Source of the DNA: an uncultured Verrucomicrobiae bacterium
Lineage (GTDB): Bacteria; Verrucomicrobiota; Verrucomicrobiia; Limisphaerales; JAFGQR01
Direction: 5' to 3'
Length of the DNA: 64,000 bases
Assembly (NCBI GenBank): GCA_963788655.1
Contig: CAWBHS010000009.1
Coordinates: forward strand, 42,115 to 106,114
Positions 45,939 to 56,092 of the stretch are shown piece by piece. How positions within the stretch are numbered: position 1 is the stretch's first letter; every line of letters starts with the position of its first letter. The notes beneath the pieces are model-generated. The model ran no database searches. It was not told the origin of the DNA and saw only the letters and a list, made by a program, of their open reading frames with translations. The position numbers were made by a program, and so were the translations under genes.

Positions 45939-48621
45939 TCATGTTTGGGGCTTGTTTTTCGCCGCGACACCGTCTTTTAGGACGGGGGCGGCCCGGTTCA
46001 TTTCCAACAGTAATCGAAGCGCGGCGCGGAAGCGCGGAGCGTCTTCGAGGGCTTGCAACAGGTGGCGTTTGGCGGAATGGTCGCCGATCTGATTGAGCAA
46101 ACGCGCCAAGTTGTAATGGAGTTCCACCGGATTGGCGGGATCAAGTTTCAGCAGGGCCTGATATGCCTCGATGGCCGGTCGCGGTTCGCCCAGGGCCTCG
46201 CTGGCTTCCGCCAGGTAACGATGCGGCGGCGGCACGAGCGGATTGACGGCGAGATAACGGCGCGCATTCAGCGCTACGGCGGGCCAGTCTTTGGCGGCGG
46301 CGTCCAGTTCCATCAGGCGCAGATAGGCGTCGGTGGCGGCGGCGTCACGGGCGGCGAGTTGCTTCAGTGCCTGATGTTCGAGATTGGTTTCGTTCAGTTC
46401 CCGATGGGTCTGGGCCAGCATCCCGTACGCGTTGTCGGGGCCAAGGTAGTCCGGACATAGCTTGATGAGGGTTTCGAGCGGTGCTTTGGCTTCCTGCCAT
46501 TGCCTGCCGGCAACCAACGTCTGCGCGCGATGCATCAAAGCATAGAAGTTTGTGGGATGAGCACTGGCCCACGTGGCCAATGCCTCGGGATCTAGTGCAG
46601 CGCGTTGTGGGGCAGTCGGTGCGTTTCGACGAGATTCCCCGTTCGCGCGGCCTTGGGCGAGTTGCTCCATCGGGGGCTTTTCCCAATCGAGCGCCGGCCC
46701 CAGTGCTTTGGCGCGTTCCCGGGCAAACGCGGCGAAGTCTTTTTCCAGTGTGGCCATGGGTGCGGTGTGTGCCTCGATGGCGTGATTGATTTCGGTGCCG
46801 TCCGCCAGGTCGTGCAATATGGCTTTCAGTTGCTCCAGGCCGAAACGCTTTACCAAAAACTCCACCACCAGCGACGATTCGTAGTACGCCAAACTGAAGA
46901 TGCTCCGGCGTGGGCGGTGCGAGAAAGGCGCTGCTCAAATCGGCAATGGGCGTCAGTCCATCATCAAGGACCATTTCCCGATACCGCGGTGTCATACGTT
47001 GGCCCCAAGTCGGATTGGTCTGGCTTTCCTCATAGACCGAAATGCCTTCGCTTAGCCAACGGGGCATTTTGTTGCGGGTCAATTGCAGCGTGACGACATG
47101 ACAAAACTCGTGCCAGAGCACCGCCTGCCAATTGGCCGCGTGCGCTGATGGCGAGGCGGGACTGTTGGCAGTGATCACCCGGCCAAAGCAGACGCCGAGA
47201 TAGCCGGGGTTGTCCGGCATGCCGAACGTGCGCACGCCGAAATCCTTTGGATCGGGGAAGATCTCCACCACCGTGGGCTGCTTGATTTCGAGCCCGTATT
47301 TCGCGCACAGGTTGCTCTTGGCTTGGTCCAGCAACGCCAACGCGCGCTGCCCGTAAATGTCTGCTTCGTCCCCCTTCATCCGCACGATGAAATCGCGGTT
47401 GGTGACGGTTTGGAACTTCTGCATGGTTTCGCGCAGGGTGACCAGGTTGTAAGCCGTGACATCGTAGCCGTCCTCATCGTGAACTTTCTCCGCCATTGCC
47501 CAACCTTCTGCTTCGTCGCCCAAACGCAGCAGGTCCTGCGCAAGTTGGGCTTTGGCGGGCAGGTAATCGGCGTCAAACGCCAGCGCCTGGCGTTGGTGCG
47601 CCGCGCCTTCAGCGAACCGGTATTTTTGCGACAGCTTTAGGCCAATCAAATACTCGACACGCGGATTGGTCTTCCAAAAGCGCAAGGCGGTTTCGCGGGC
47701 GGCTTGCTCTTTGTCCGGGTGGTTTTCCAAATGTTCGATCACCGCCTGGTAGGCCCAGGCGTCGGGGTGCCAGGGATTAACCTCGCGAATACGGTCCAGC
47801 ACCTTGGTGGCGCCGGCATATTCCTCCGCGTCGATCAAATGGTCCACCATCAACAGCAGACTGGGCACGTGATTGGTGTTCTGGTTCAGCGCGGCGGCAA
47901 GTTCGCCCTGCATCTGGATCTGTTCGCTGGGCGCATAAGCGCGGGCCAGACCGTAGTGGAAGTCAGGGTCGTCAGGGAAACGCTTGAGCCCTTCGCGATA
48001 CACTTTGGCGGCCAGTTCAAAGTCGTGTTTGTCTAAAGACAGTTCACCGCTGGCCAGGTAAGCCTCGCGCAAATCCGGATCCTCGCGTTTGGCCGAATCA
48101 TACACCTGTTCGAGAATCAGTCGCGGATCGGCGCCCAACAGCAAGAGCGTCCGGCCAAAAGCCAGCCGGTTGACCGGATCCCGATAGGCCCAGGGGCGGG
48201 TCCGGATCAGCAGGTTGATTTGCCGCAGCATGCTCTCGGCCTCGTCGGTCTGACCGTTGCTCAAATACACTTCCCGACCCAGCAGGCGCAGCCGGATGCT
48301 CGTGGAGTATTGCTCGAGCGCATTGGTGATGGCCGACCGCGCCTCGGCATATCGGCCCAGCGTGAGCAACGTTTTGGCGCGCACCAACCGCCAGTCCTCC
48401 TGATACCGGTCATTGCGAATCGCCTCCTCCGCCATCGCCAAAGCATTGGTGTAGTGGCCGGTACGGAACTGGTCCCAAGCGTCATCCGGATCGGCGCCGT
48501 GAACGGCGGTTGCGGCGACTCCGAGGCCGGTGACCAAAGTCAGAACGAAGGCGACGATGGCCTGCCGCCAGCAGCAAATCGCCCCGCAAGTGCGGTTTGC
48601 GTTCTGACTAATCTCGAACAT
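45939..48621 (-). CDS. TPR protein with peptidase MA (HEXXH) domain, first gene of the MoxR operon; frameshift near 46890
   Basis: TPR helices; LGVCFGRVIT, VLWHEFCHVVTL, PRWLSEGISVYE; continues as AYYESSLVVEFL in ORF 45939-46892. Confidence 0.9.
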
Positions 48622-49018
48622 GCCTGTATCTAAACCCATTTGCTCTGATAACACAAGGACGGCTACCGGGAATGTTTGGCTTTCCCCGGCCCATCATCCA
48701 TCGCCGGCATTCCTTCAATCTCAATCAATGTCTTCACATTGGAACGCTGTGGGATGGGCCAACGGCGATCCGATCTTGTCCGGCAGGATGTCACAATCCC
48801 GGCGCGGGTCAAACTCGGAACCCAAGGAGAGAGGATGGGGAATCCGAAGGTCGAAGGCCGAAATCCGAAAGAAATCCGAAATCCCGATAGCAGCTCGGTT
48901 CTTATTTCTGCGACGTTTCAACTCCTCCACGGCCGCTCCGTTTCGGTTGACTGTCGCCAGCCCTCCTCGTTAGTCTGTTGGCTTGAATTAACCAATAACA
49001 ACCAGCTTCTAAGTGTGT

Positions 49019-49903
49019 ATGGCTAACAAGAAAAAAATAACGCGGCGTACGGCGATTCAAACCATGGCCGGCAGCGCCGCTGTATTGGGTGCCGCGGTGG
49101 CGAGTTCTCCGCTCGCACGGGCCGCCGATGAATCCTCGGCGAAACTCAAGGGCAACATCCATCATTCCGTTTCCAAATGGTGTTACGGCAAGATTCCGTT
49201 GGACCGGTTTTGCCAGGAAGTCAAAGCGATGGGCCTCGAGTCCGTCGAACTGTTGGGCCCCAAAGAATGGCCCGTCGTTAAACAGCACGGCTTGGTGTGC
49301 GCCATGTGCAATGGACCGGACAACATCGGCTACGGCTGGAACCGGGTGGACCATCACGACAAGCTCCTCGAGGGATTTGCCAAAGCCATCCCCGAGGTGG
49401 CCAGTTATGGGTTTCCCCACATCATCACTTTCTCGGGAAATCGCGGCGGTATGGATGACGAAACCGGCATCAAGAACTGTGTTCAGGGTTTGAAGCGACT
49501 CATGCCCATCGCCGAAAAGAACAAGGTGACCGTGGTCATGGAGTTGCTGAACAGCAAGGTGGACCACAAGGATTACATGGCTGACCACACCGCCTGGGGC
49601 GCCGAAGTTTGCAAACAGGTTGGGTCCGAGCGGCTCAAGCTGCTGTACGACATCTACCACATGCAAATCATGGAAGGTGACCTCATTCGGACCATCCGGG
49701 ACTTCCATCAATACATTGCCCACTTCCACACCGGTGGCAATCCCGGCCGCAATGAAATTGACGAGACGCAAGAGATTTACTACCCCGCCGTCATGCGGGC
49801 CATCGTCAAGACTGGTTATCAAGGGTATGTTGGCCAGGAATTCGTGCCCAAGCGCGCTCCGCTGACTTCCTTGCGGCAAGCCATTCAGATCTGCGACGTT
49901 TAG
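49019..49903 (+). CDS. Tat-exported hydroxypyruvate isomerase-family TIM barrel protein
   Basis: ITRRTAIQ Tat signal; MELLNSKVDH, KLLYDIYHMQIMEGD, HTGGNPGRNE, GYVGQEF. Confidence 0.92.
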   Translation: MANKKKITRRTAIQTMAGSAAVLGAAVASSPLARAADESSAKLKGNIHHSVSKWCYGKIPLDRFCQEVKAMGLESVELLGPKEWPVVKQHGLVCAMCNGPDNIGYGWNRVDHHDKLLEGFAKAIPEVASYGFPHIITFSGNRGGMDDETGIKNCVQGLKRLMPIAEKNKVTVVMELLNSKVDHKDYMADHTAWGAEVCKQVGSERLKLLYDIYHMQIMEGDLIRTIRDFHQYIAHFHTGGNPGRNEIDETQEIYYPAVMRAIVKTGYQGYVGQEFVPKRAPLTSLRQAIQICDV

Positions 49904-49957
49904 CTTCGTTACAGCATGGCGGGTGTCGTTGGCTTGACCCTGTCCGGCTGAACCAAA

Positions 49958-50076
49958 CATTTCACACTCGCAATAGCCGCTGATGTCAGGAGGCGGAGCG
50001 GATTCAGAGCGCGTCGAGTCCGCCTCTTTACGTCGGCGGCTAAAGTTTGTCGGTGATTTAAACGCGGTGTGAAATG
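49958..50076. repeat. REP doublet inside short outer inverted repeats
   Basis: TAGCCGCTGATGTCAGGAGGCGGA ... TCCGCCTCTTTACGTCGGCGGCTA (49974-50042), flanked by CATTTCACAC / GTGTGAAATG. Confidence 0.7.
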
Positions 50077-50126
50077 GCGAGCTAACGGGCTTGCTGGGCC
50101 GGCTCGGGACTGGCTACAACTCGGGA

Positions 50127-50891
50127 GTGCAAATCGATCCTCAGGCCCCCGTTCTGGTCACCGGCTCCGCCGGTCGCATTGGACAAGCCGTCGTGTCCGC
50201 TCTGGCCGCGTGCGGTCGCCGGGTGCGCGGGTTTGACCTTCGGCCAACCCCGGGCACGGATGACTTTGTCGTTGGCAACCTGCAGGAATTGGAACCGGTG
50301 CGAAACGCAGCGGCCGGCGCAGCGGCGGTGATTCACCTTGGGGGCGTGCCGGACGATGACGATTTCCTGACCCGCCTGTTACCGGTCAATATTCTCGGCG
50401 CGCACAACGTGTTCGAGGCCGCCCGACTCAACGGCATCAAACGGGTGGTGCTGGCGAGTTCGGGTCAGGTCAACTGGTGGCAACAACTCGAAGGCCCGTG
50501 GCCCGTTCGGCCGGACGATCCCTATACGCCTCGCCATTGGTATGCCGTGGGTAAGATTTTCCTCGAAGCCGCCGGGCGGGCTTATGCGCGCAGTTTCGGC
50601 ATGACGGTGCTGGCAGTTCGGCTGGGCTGGTGTCCACGAACGCAGGCTCACTTGGACGAAGTCGGCAACAGCCCACAAGCGCCTGACATTTACCTCAGTC
50701 CGGGTGATGCCGGCCGCTTTTTTGCCCGCGCCATCGAGGCGCCGCTGGAACCAAGTTTCGCGGCGCTTTACGTGGCGAGCCTGCCCGTCCGTCAGGCGGT
50801 ATTTGACCTGCAACCTGCCAAAGATCTCCTGGCCTGGGAACCGCAAGACCAGTGGCCAACCGGCGCTACTGAGGGACTGGCAACCACGTGA
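50127..50891 (+). CDS. NAD-dependent epimerase/dehydrogenase (uronate dehydrogenase-like SDR)
   Basis: VLVTGSAGRIG, VIHLGG, VVLASS, YAVGK (YxxxK). Confidence 0.9.
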   Translation: MQIDPQAPVLVTGSAGRIGQAVVSALAACGRRVRGFDLRPTPGTDDFVVGNLQELEPVRNAAAGAAAVIHLGGVPDDDDFLTRLLPVNILGAHNVFEAARLNGIKRVVLASSGQVNWWQQLEGPWPVRPDDPYTPRHWYAVGKIFLEAAGRAYARSFGMTVLAVRLGWCPRTQAHLDEVGNSPQAPDIYLSPGDAGRFFARAIEAPLEPSFAALYVASLPVRQAVFDLQPAKDLLAWEPQDQWPTGATEGLATT

Positions 50892-52795
50892 GTATGAGTA
50901 GTTCGGAGCGATCCTCAGTGAGACTTTGGGCGGGCTGCGGATCGGCCCTGGGCGAGTTGGCCCTGTTCATCATCGCCACCGGTTTCAAGGCGCGCTGGCT
51001 GGCCGGGGAAATGAATCTGAGCACTGTCTCCGGCGATCTGGCCAATCTGCTGCTCTTGTTGGGGGCGGGCTGGTTGGTGCTGGGTTTCCCGATACGAATC
51101 CGCCGTGGCGTCATGCTCGGCATATCCCTCACCTTGAGTGCCCTGTTGTTCGCGGATCGCGTTCACTTCCGGGCGTTCGGTGACGTGATCAGCGCGCCGG
51201 AATTCGGGCACGCGGCGCAACTTTCCGAATTCGTCAGCGGAGTGTTCCCTTACGTGTACTGGCGCGACTTCTTGCTCCTGGTGGACATTCCGGTGTGGAT
51301 TTGGCTGTTGAGTCGTAAGCGGTCTGCGCTGCCGGAGTTCCGCCCACGAGCCGTTGTCTGGCTGAGCGGTGCGCTGGTCTGCCTGGGCGCCTACGGTTTC
51401 GTCCTGCGCGAGTTTGTCGTCGCCCTGAGCGAGGAGCACGAATCAATGGTTGCCAATCGCGCGTTTGCCGTCCGCGAGAAAGGCCTCCTGACTTACCATC
51501 TGCTCGACGTTGTGGAAACCGTGCGCATCCACCCCGAGCGGAAGGCCGTGTCAGACCGGGACCTGGCCCGAGTGCGGCAGTGGTTCGCGTCGAAGCAGCC
51601 CACAGGATCAGACCTTCTGCCCTTCGGGGTAGCCCGGGGATGCAACGTGCTGTTTCTGCAAGTTGAGTCGTTGGAGGCATTCGTCATGGGATTGCGAATT
51701 GACGGCCAAGAGATTACGCCGCATCTGAATCAGTTGGCGCGGGAGCACTTTCATTTCAACCGGTTCTTCCCGCAAACGAGCCTGGGCAGCACTTCCGACG
51801 CGGAATTTTGTGCGCTGAATTCCCTCCTGCCGGCTGCTGAAGGCGTGGTGGCACGGCGCTATGCCGGGAACCGGTTTCACAGCCTGCCGCAAGTGCTGCA
51901 CCCGCACGGCTATCACACGGCGGCCATGAGCGCATGTCATCCGAAGTTATGGAACATGGCTTGGATGCATCGCGCCTACGGCTTCGAACGGCGCTACTAT
52001 TACGAGGACTTTGCCAACGGCCTCGAACACGAGTCGTTCATTCCCGACGATGTCTTTCTGACGCGGTGCCGCGAACTGTTGCGGGAACAAGCCCGCCCCT
52101 GGTTCGCCCACGTAATGACCATCACCAGCCACACCCCGTTCACGTGGCTCCGCCCGGAACAGCGGCGGCTCCGCCTGGAAACGTTGGCGGACACGCGGCT
52201 GGCCGATTATTTGCAATCGGTGCATTTCGTCGATGCCGTGATCGGCGAATTCCTGGAAGGTTTACAGACTGATGGATTGGCTCAGCAGACGGTGATCTTT
52301 ATTTATGGCGACCACCATGCTTTGCCCATGGAAGAACGCGCGCGAATTCGCACGCTCGAATCCGATCCGATCGGGCTTCGCTTGGATGACCAGTTGCGCC
52401 GTCGCGTCCCGTTGTTGGTCATTGTGCCGGGTACGGCTCCGGGAGGCACTTGCGAGCGCATGGCCGGACAAATCGACCTGGCGCCGACTGTGTTGCACCT
52501 GCTGGGCCTTCCAGAACGCGAAGCCCGTTTTCTCGGGCAGAACCTCTTAGGCACGGCGCCACCGCTGGTGTGCTTCCGGAACGGGACGTTTGCCACGGCG
52601 GGACAGATGTTCCTCACCCCGGATGGCAAGTTCGAACGCGGCCATGGGGAGCCCATCGTGCCGGGGATGTCGCTCGATCCCGCGGGCGGCGCGAGGATCT
52701 ATCGTGAAGTGCAGGAACGGATCTGGGTTTCGGATACGATCTTGGAATTCGACCTGATTCTGCGCCTCTTGAACGCATCGATCCAAGGACGGTAG
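50888..52795 (+). CDS. LTA synthase (LtaS)-family phosphoglycerol transferase / sulfatase
   Basis: Multi-TM N terminus; LQVESLE, ITPHLNQL, GSTSDAEF (catalytic Thr), TITSHTPF, YGDH, GQIDLAPT. Confidence 0.9.
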   Translation: MSMSSSERSSVRLWAGCGSALGELALFIIATGFKARWLAGEMNLSTVSGDLANLLLLLGAGWLVLGFPIRIRRGVMLGISLTLSALLFADRVHFRAFGDVISAPEFGHAAQLSEFVSGVFPYVYWRDFLLLVDIPVWIWLLSRKRSALPEFRPRAVVWLSGALVCLGAYGFVLREFVVALSEEHESMVANRAFAVREKGLLTYHLLDVVETVRIHPERKAVSDRDLARVRQWFASKQPTGSDLLPFGVARGCNVLFLQVESLEAFVMGLRIDGQEITPHLNQLAREHFHFNRFFPQTSLGSTSDAEFCALNSLLPAAEGVVARRYAGNRFHSLPQVLHPHGYHTAAMSACHPKLWNMAWMHRAYGFERRYYYEDFANGLEHESFIPDDVFLTRCRELLREQARPWFAHVMTITSHTPFTWLRPEQRRLRLETLADTRLADYLQSVHFVDAVIGEFLEGLQTDGLAQQTVIFIYGDHHALPMEERARIRTLESDPIGLRLDDQLRRRVPLLVIVPGTAPGGTCERMAGQIDLAPTVLHLLGLPEREARFLGQNLLGTAPPLVCFRNGTFATAGQMFLTPDGKFERGHGEPIVPGMSLDPAGGARIYREVQERIWVSDTILEFDLILRLLNASIQGR

Positions 52796-52861
52796 AGCCG
52801 CGTTGCCTTAACTTGTCAACGACTCGACTTAAGAACACGGAAGCCGAGCGTCTCAGAAGAA

Positions 52862-53140
52862 TCACCACCGGAGTTTCCAACTGTAATTCCGGCAAATCAT
52901 CACAAATGACAAAACGATGATGGCAATCCAGATGAGCGGGTGAATTGACATCAAATGCCAGAATACCGGGAAACCGGTGTGTTGCACTATGCGCTGGGGT
53001 ACAAACGTCGGGTCCAAGCCCTTGGCCCAGCGCGGAAGCTGATAAAGCAGCACGGCATTGGACAATAATGCCAGCACCACGAGCAGACTGTTTTCGAGAA
53101 ACGTTGGCGGTCGCGAAACGTCCTGATCTTCCACATTCAT
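52862..53140 (-). CDS. Small hypothetical membrane protein
   Basis: 92 aa ORF with two hydrophobic segments filling the intergenic gap. Confidence 0.45.
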   Translation of the reverse strand: MNVEDQDVSRPPTFLENSLLVVLALLSNAVLLYQLPRWAKGLDPTFVPQRIVQHTGFPVFWHLMSIHPLIWIAIIVLSFVMICRNYSWKLRW

Positions 53141-53278
53141 ACGGGTAGAACTTAGCCGTACCTATGCAGGAAGAAAACCACGAATCAACCATCGGAGTGG
53201 TGGGAGAAGGTCTTTCTTTTGGCCCTTGGACATTTCAATTTGGTTTGCCAGGTGGCGGGCACGGGCAAATGATGGGCC

Positions 53279-54145
53279 ATGCGAATCATTCACCGCGTGG
53301 CTTCGATGCAACGTCTCGCCCGCCAATGGCGTCGGCAGGGAACTCGCGTTGCGTTGGTGCCCACGATGGGTTACCTGCACGCTGGCCATCTCAGCTTGAT
53401 CCGCCGGGCCCGCCAAGCAGTGGGGCCGGATGGCACGGTGGTGGTCAGCATTTACGTGAACCCTACCCAATTCGGCCCGACTGAGGATTTCGCCCGTTAC
53501 CCGCGTGATTTTGCCCGCGACCGTGCGCTCTGCCGTCAGGAGGGTGCCGAGGTGATTTTTTGTCCATCTGACGCCGAAATGTATGCCGGCAAAGCCGCGG
53601 GTCAATACAGCACGTACGTGGTCGAAGAATCGCTGTCCCGCGTCATGGAAGGCGCCTCGCGCCCGACTCACTTTCGCGGCGTGACGACAGTCGTCGCCAA
53701 GTTATTTAATCTCGTCCTGCCGGACTGCGCGGTGTTCGGAGCCAAGGATTATCAGCAGGCCGCGGTGATTCAGCGGATGGTGATGGATCTGAATTTCTCG
53801 GTCAAAATTATCGTGGCGCCCATCGTTCGGGAGGCCGACGGACTCGCACTGAGTTCGCGCAACAAATATCTTCACGGCCCGTTGCGATCGCAGGCCGTGG
53901 TGCTTTGGCAAGCCATCCAACGGGCCAAAACCGCGGTGCGCTCCGGACGGTCGGGCGTGCCAGCATCCCGCTTGAAGACCCAATTGAAACAGTTGATTGC
54001 GCAGCAACCTGACGCGCGCGTCGATTACGTTGAAGTCTTCGATCCGGTTTCGTTGCAAGCGGTGGGCCGGGTCCGGGCCGGCGTTCACTTGGCACTGGCG
54101 GTTTTCGTAGGGAAGACGCGTTTGATCGACCATGCGCGCCTGTGA
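53279..54145 (+). CDS. panC: Pantoate--beta-alanine ligase
   Basis: VPTMGYLHAGHLSL, SIYVNPTQF, RPTHFRGV, FGAKDYQQ, DGLALSSRN, TRLID. Confidence 0.98.
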   Translation: MRIIHRVASMQRLARQWRRQGTRVALVPTMGYLHAGHLSLIRRARQAVGPDGTVVVSIYVNPTQFGPTEDFARYPRDFARDRALCRQEGAEVIFCPSDAEMYAGKAAGQYSTYVVEESLSRVMEGASRPTHFRGVTTVVAKLFNLVLPDCAVFGAKDYQQAAVIQRMVMDLNFSVKIIVAPIVREADGLALSSRNKYLHGPLRSQAVVLWQAIQRAKTAVRSGRSGVPASRLKTQLKQLIAQQPDARVDYVEVFDPVSLQAVGRVRAGVHLALAVFVGKTRLIDHARL

Positions 54146-54157
54146 CTTTTTCCGCTT

Positions 54158-55768
54158 ATGAATCATCTCAAGAAATTTGATTTCCTCGTGCTCGGCAGCG
54201 GCATCGCCGGGCTGTTCTTCGCCTTGAAGGTAGCCCCGCACGGACGGGTGGCGATCGTGACCAAGAAAGACCGCGCCGAGTCCAACACCAACTACGCCCA
54301 GGGCGGCATCGCGGCGGTGATCAGCAAGGAGGACACCTTCGAAATGCACGTGCGGGATACGCTCGAAGCCGGCGCCGGTTTGTGCCGGGAAAAGGCGGTG
54401 CGCACCATCGTTGAGGAAGGGCCGGCGCGGATCGAGGAATTGATCGAATTGGGAATGAAGTTTACCGAACGCGAAATTCCCGATTCGAACGGCGCGCGCG
54501 AACTGGATCTCGGGCGCGAAGGCGGCCATTCCAAACGGCGCATCCTGCACGCCAAAGATGTCACCGGGCGCGAAATCGAGCGCGCCCTGCTGGCCGCCGC
54601 GGCCGCGGCGCCCAACATCACGATTTACGAAAACCATTTGGGCATTGATCTGATCACCACTCGCAAGCTGGGACAGTCGGGCCCGAACCGGTGCGTGGGC
54701 GTTCACGTGTTGGCGAAGAACACAGGCCAGGTCACAACCTTCATTGCGCCGATTATCGTGCTGGCCACCGGGGGCTGCGGCAAGGTGTATCTTTACACGA
54801 CCAATCCGGACATTGCGACTGGCGACGGTGTGGCGATGGCCTATCGTGCGGGGGCGCCTATTGCCAACATGGAGTTCATCCAGTTCCATCCCACCTGCTT
54901 TTTCCATCCCCAAGCCAAGTCGTTTCTGATCAGTGAAGCGGTGCGGGGGGAGGGCGGTGTGCTGCGCAGTCTGGGCGGGGACGAGTTCATGAACCAGTAC
55001 CATCCGCGCAAATCCCTGGCGCCGCGCGACGTCGTGGCCCGCGCCATCGACAGTGAAATGAAACGCAGCGGCGCCGAATACGTGTTGCTGGACATCACCC
55101 ATAAGCCGGCGCCTTTCCTCATCGACCGGTTTCCCAACATTTACCAAACCTGCCTGCAATACGGCATGGACATCACCAAGCAAGCCATCCCGGTGGTGCC
55201 GGCCGCCCATTACCAATGCGGCGGGGTGTTGACGAACCTGGACGGGGAGACGGAACTGCCGGGCTTGTATGCCGTTGGCGAAGTGGCGTGTACCGGGCTG
55301 CACGGCGCGAACCGTCTGGCCAGCAATTCGCTGCTGGAAGCGGTGGTGTGCGCGCACCGGGCCGCACAACGGTGCCTGGCGCAGCCCGTGCCGGAGTTGC
55401 CGCAGAACATCCCGGCCTGGGAATCCGGCAACGCCACCAACGCCGATGAATTGGTTGTCGTGTCGCACAATTGGGACGAAATCCGGCGGTTGATGTGGGA
55501 TTACGTGGGCATCGTGCGCACCAACAAACGGCTTGAACGGGCCCGCCGCCGCATCGGGCACCTGCAGGAGGAAATCCAGGAATACTATTGGGATTTCATC
55601 GTGACACGTGACCTGCTTGAACTGCGCAATATCGCCACCGTGGCCGAATTGATCATTGCCTGTGCGCAACAGCGCCCCGAGAGCCGGGGCCTGCACTACA
55701 ATCTCGACTACCCGGAGCCGCGGACGGATTGGGCCCAAAAAGACAGCTTCATTGGCAAGGAGGCTTAG
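54158..55768 (+). CDS. nadB: L-aspartate oxidase
   Basis: [67 protein letters not shown]. Confidence 0.98.
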   Translation: MNHLKKFDFLVLGSGIAGLFFALKVAPHGRVAIVTKKDRAESNTNYAQGGIAAVISKEDTFEMHVRDTLEAGAGLCREKAVRTIVEEGPARIEELIELGMKFTEREIPDSNGARELDLGREGGHSKRRILHAKDVTGREIERALLAAAAAAPNITIYENHLGIDLITTRKLGQSGPNRCVGVHVLAKNTGQVTTFIAPIIVLATGGCGKVYLYTTNPDIATGDGVAMAYRAGAPIANMEFIQFHPTCFFHPQAKSFLISEAVRGEGGVLRSLGGDEFMNQYHPRKSLAPRDVVARAIDSEMKRSGAEYVLLDITHKPAPFLIDRFPNIYQTCLQYGMDITKQAIPVVPAAHYQCGGVLTNLDGETELPGLYAVGEVACTGLHGANRLASNSLLEAVVCAHRAAQRCLAQPVPELPQNIPAWESGNATNADELVVVSHNWDEIRRLMWDYVGIVRTNKRLERARRRIGHLQEEIQEYYWDFIVTRDLLELRNIATVAELIIACAQQRPESRGLHYNLDYPEPRTDWAQKDSFIGKEA

Positions 55769-55889
55769 CCCGAACATTGCACCCGCACCGTAGCCGCCGG
55801 CGTGCTAAGCTTGGTGTGACATCGTCGGGTTAGCGCCTGTTTTAATGAGGGCGCTTGGCGCCTCGGCGCGCTACTTATTCTACTTCGCG

Positions 55890-56008
55890 TTCAAGATGAG
55901 ACTTCAAGTGGGGCGCGGACATTCCTGTCCGCTCGGCGGGATTGGGTCCGCACCAGCGGACAGGAATGTCCGCGCCCCAATTCAGTTCCGCATTAGTCTC
56001 AATTTGAA
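55890..56008. repeat. REP doublet within outer inverted repeats, between convergent genes
   Basis: TGGGGCGCGGACATTCCTGTCCGC ... GCGGACAGGAATGTCCGCGCCCCA, flanked by TTCAAGATGAGACT / AGTCTCAATTTGAA. Confidence 0.8.
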
Positions 56009-56092
56009 AGCATAATGGAATTACGGCCATGGCCGTTGGCGCGCTGCTTTTTCCTTCTTGGGAAGCCCGGCGCCTGTCCCATCGGGCACTGG

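Noticed and set aside
48840..48890. CCGAAAT-like heptamer run as a functional element
   Set aside because: Short low-complexity repeat with no associated gene or structure that I can support.
53702..55777. Long antisense ORFs (also 3453-4913, 32925-34730, 36280-37662, 13572-16166)
   Set aside because: Shadows of well-supported genes on the opposite strand in GC-rich DNA.
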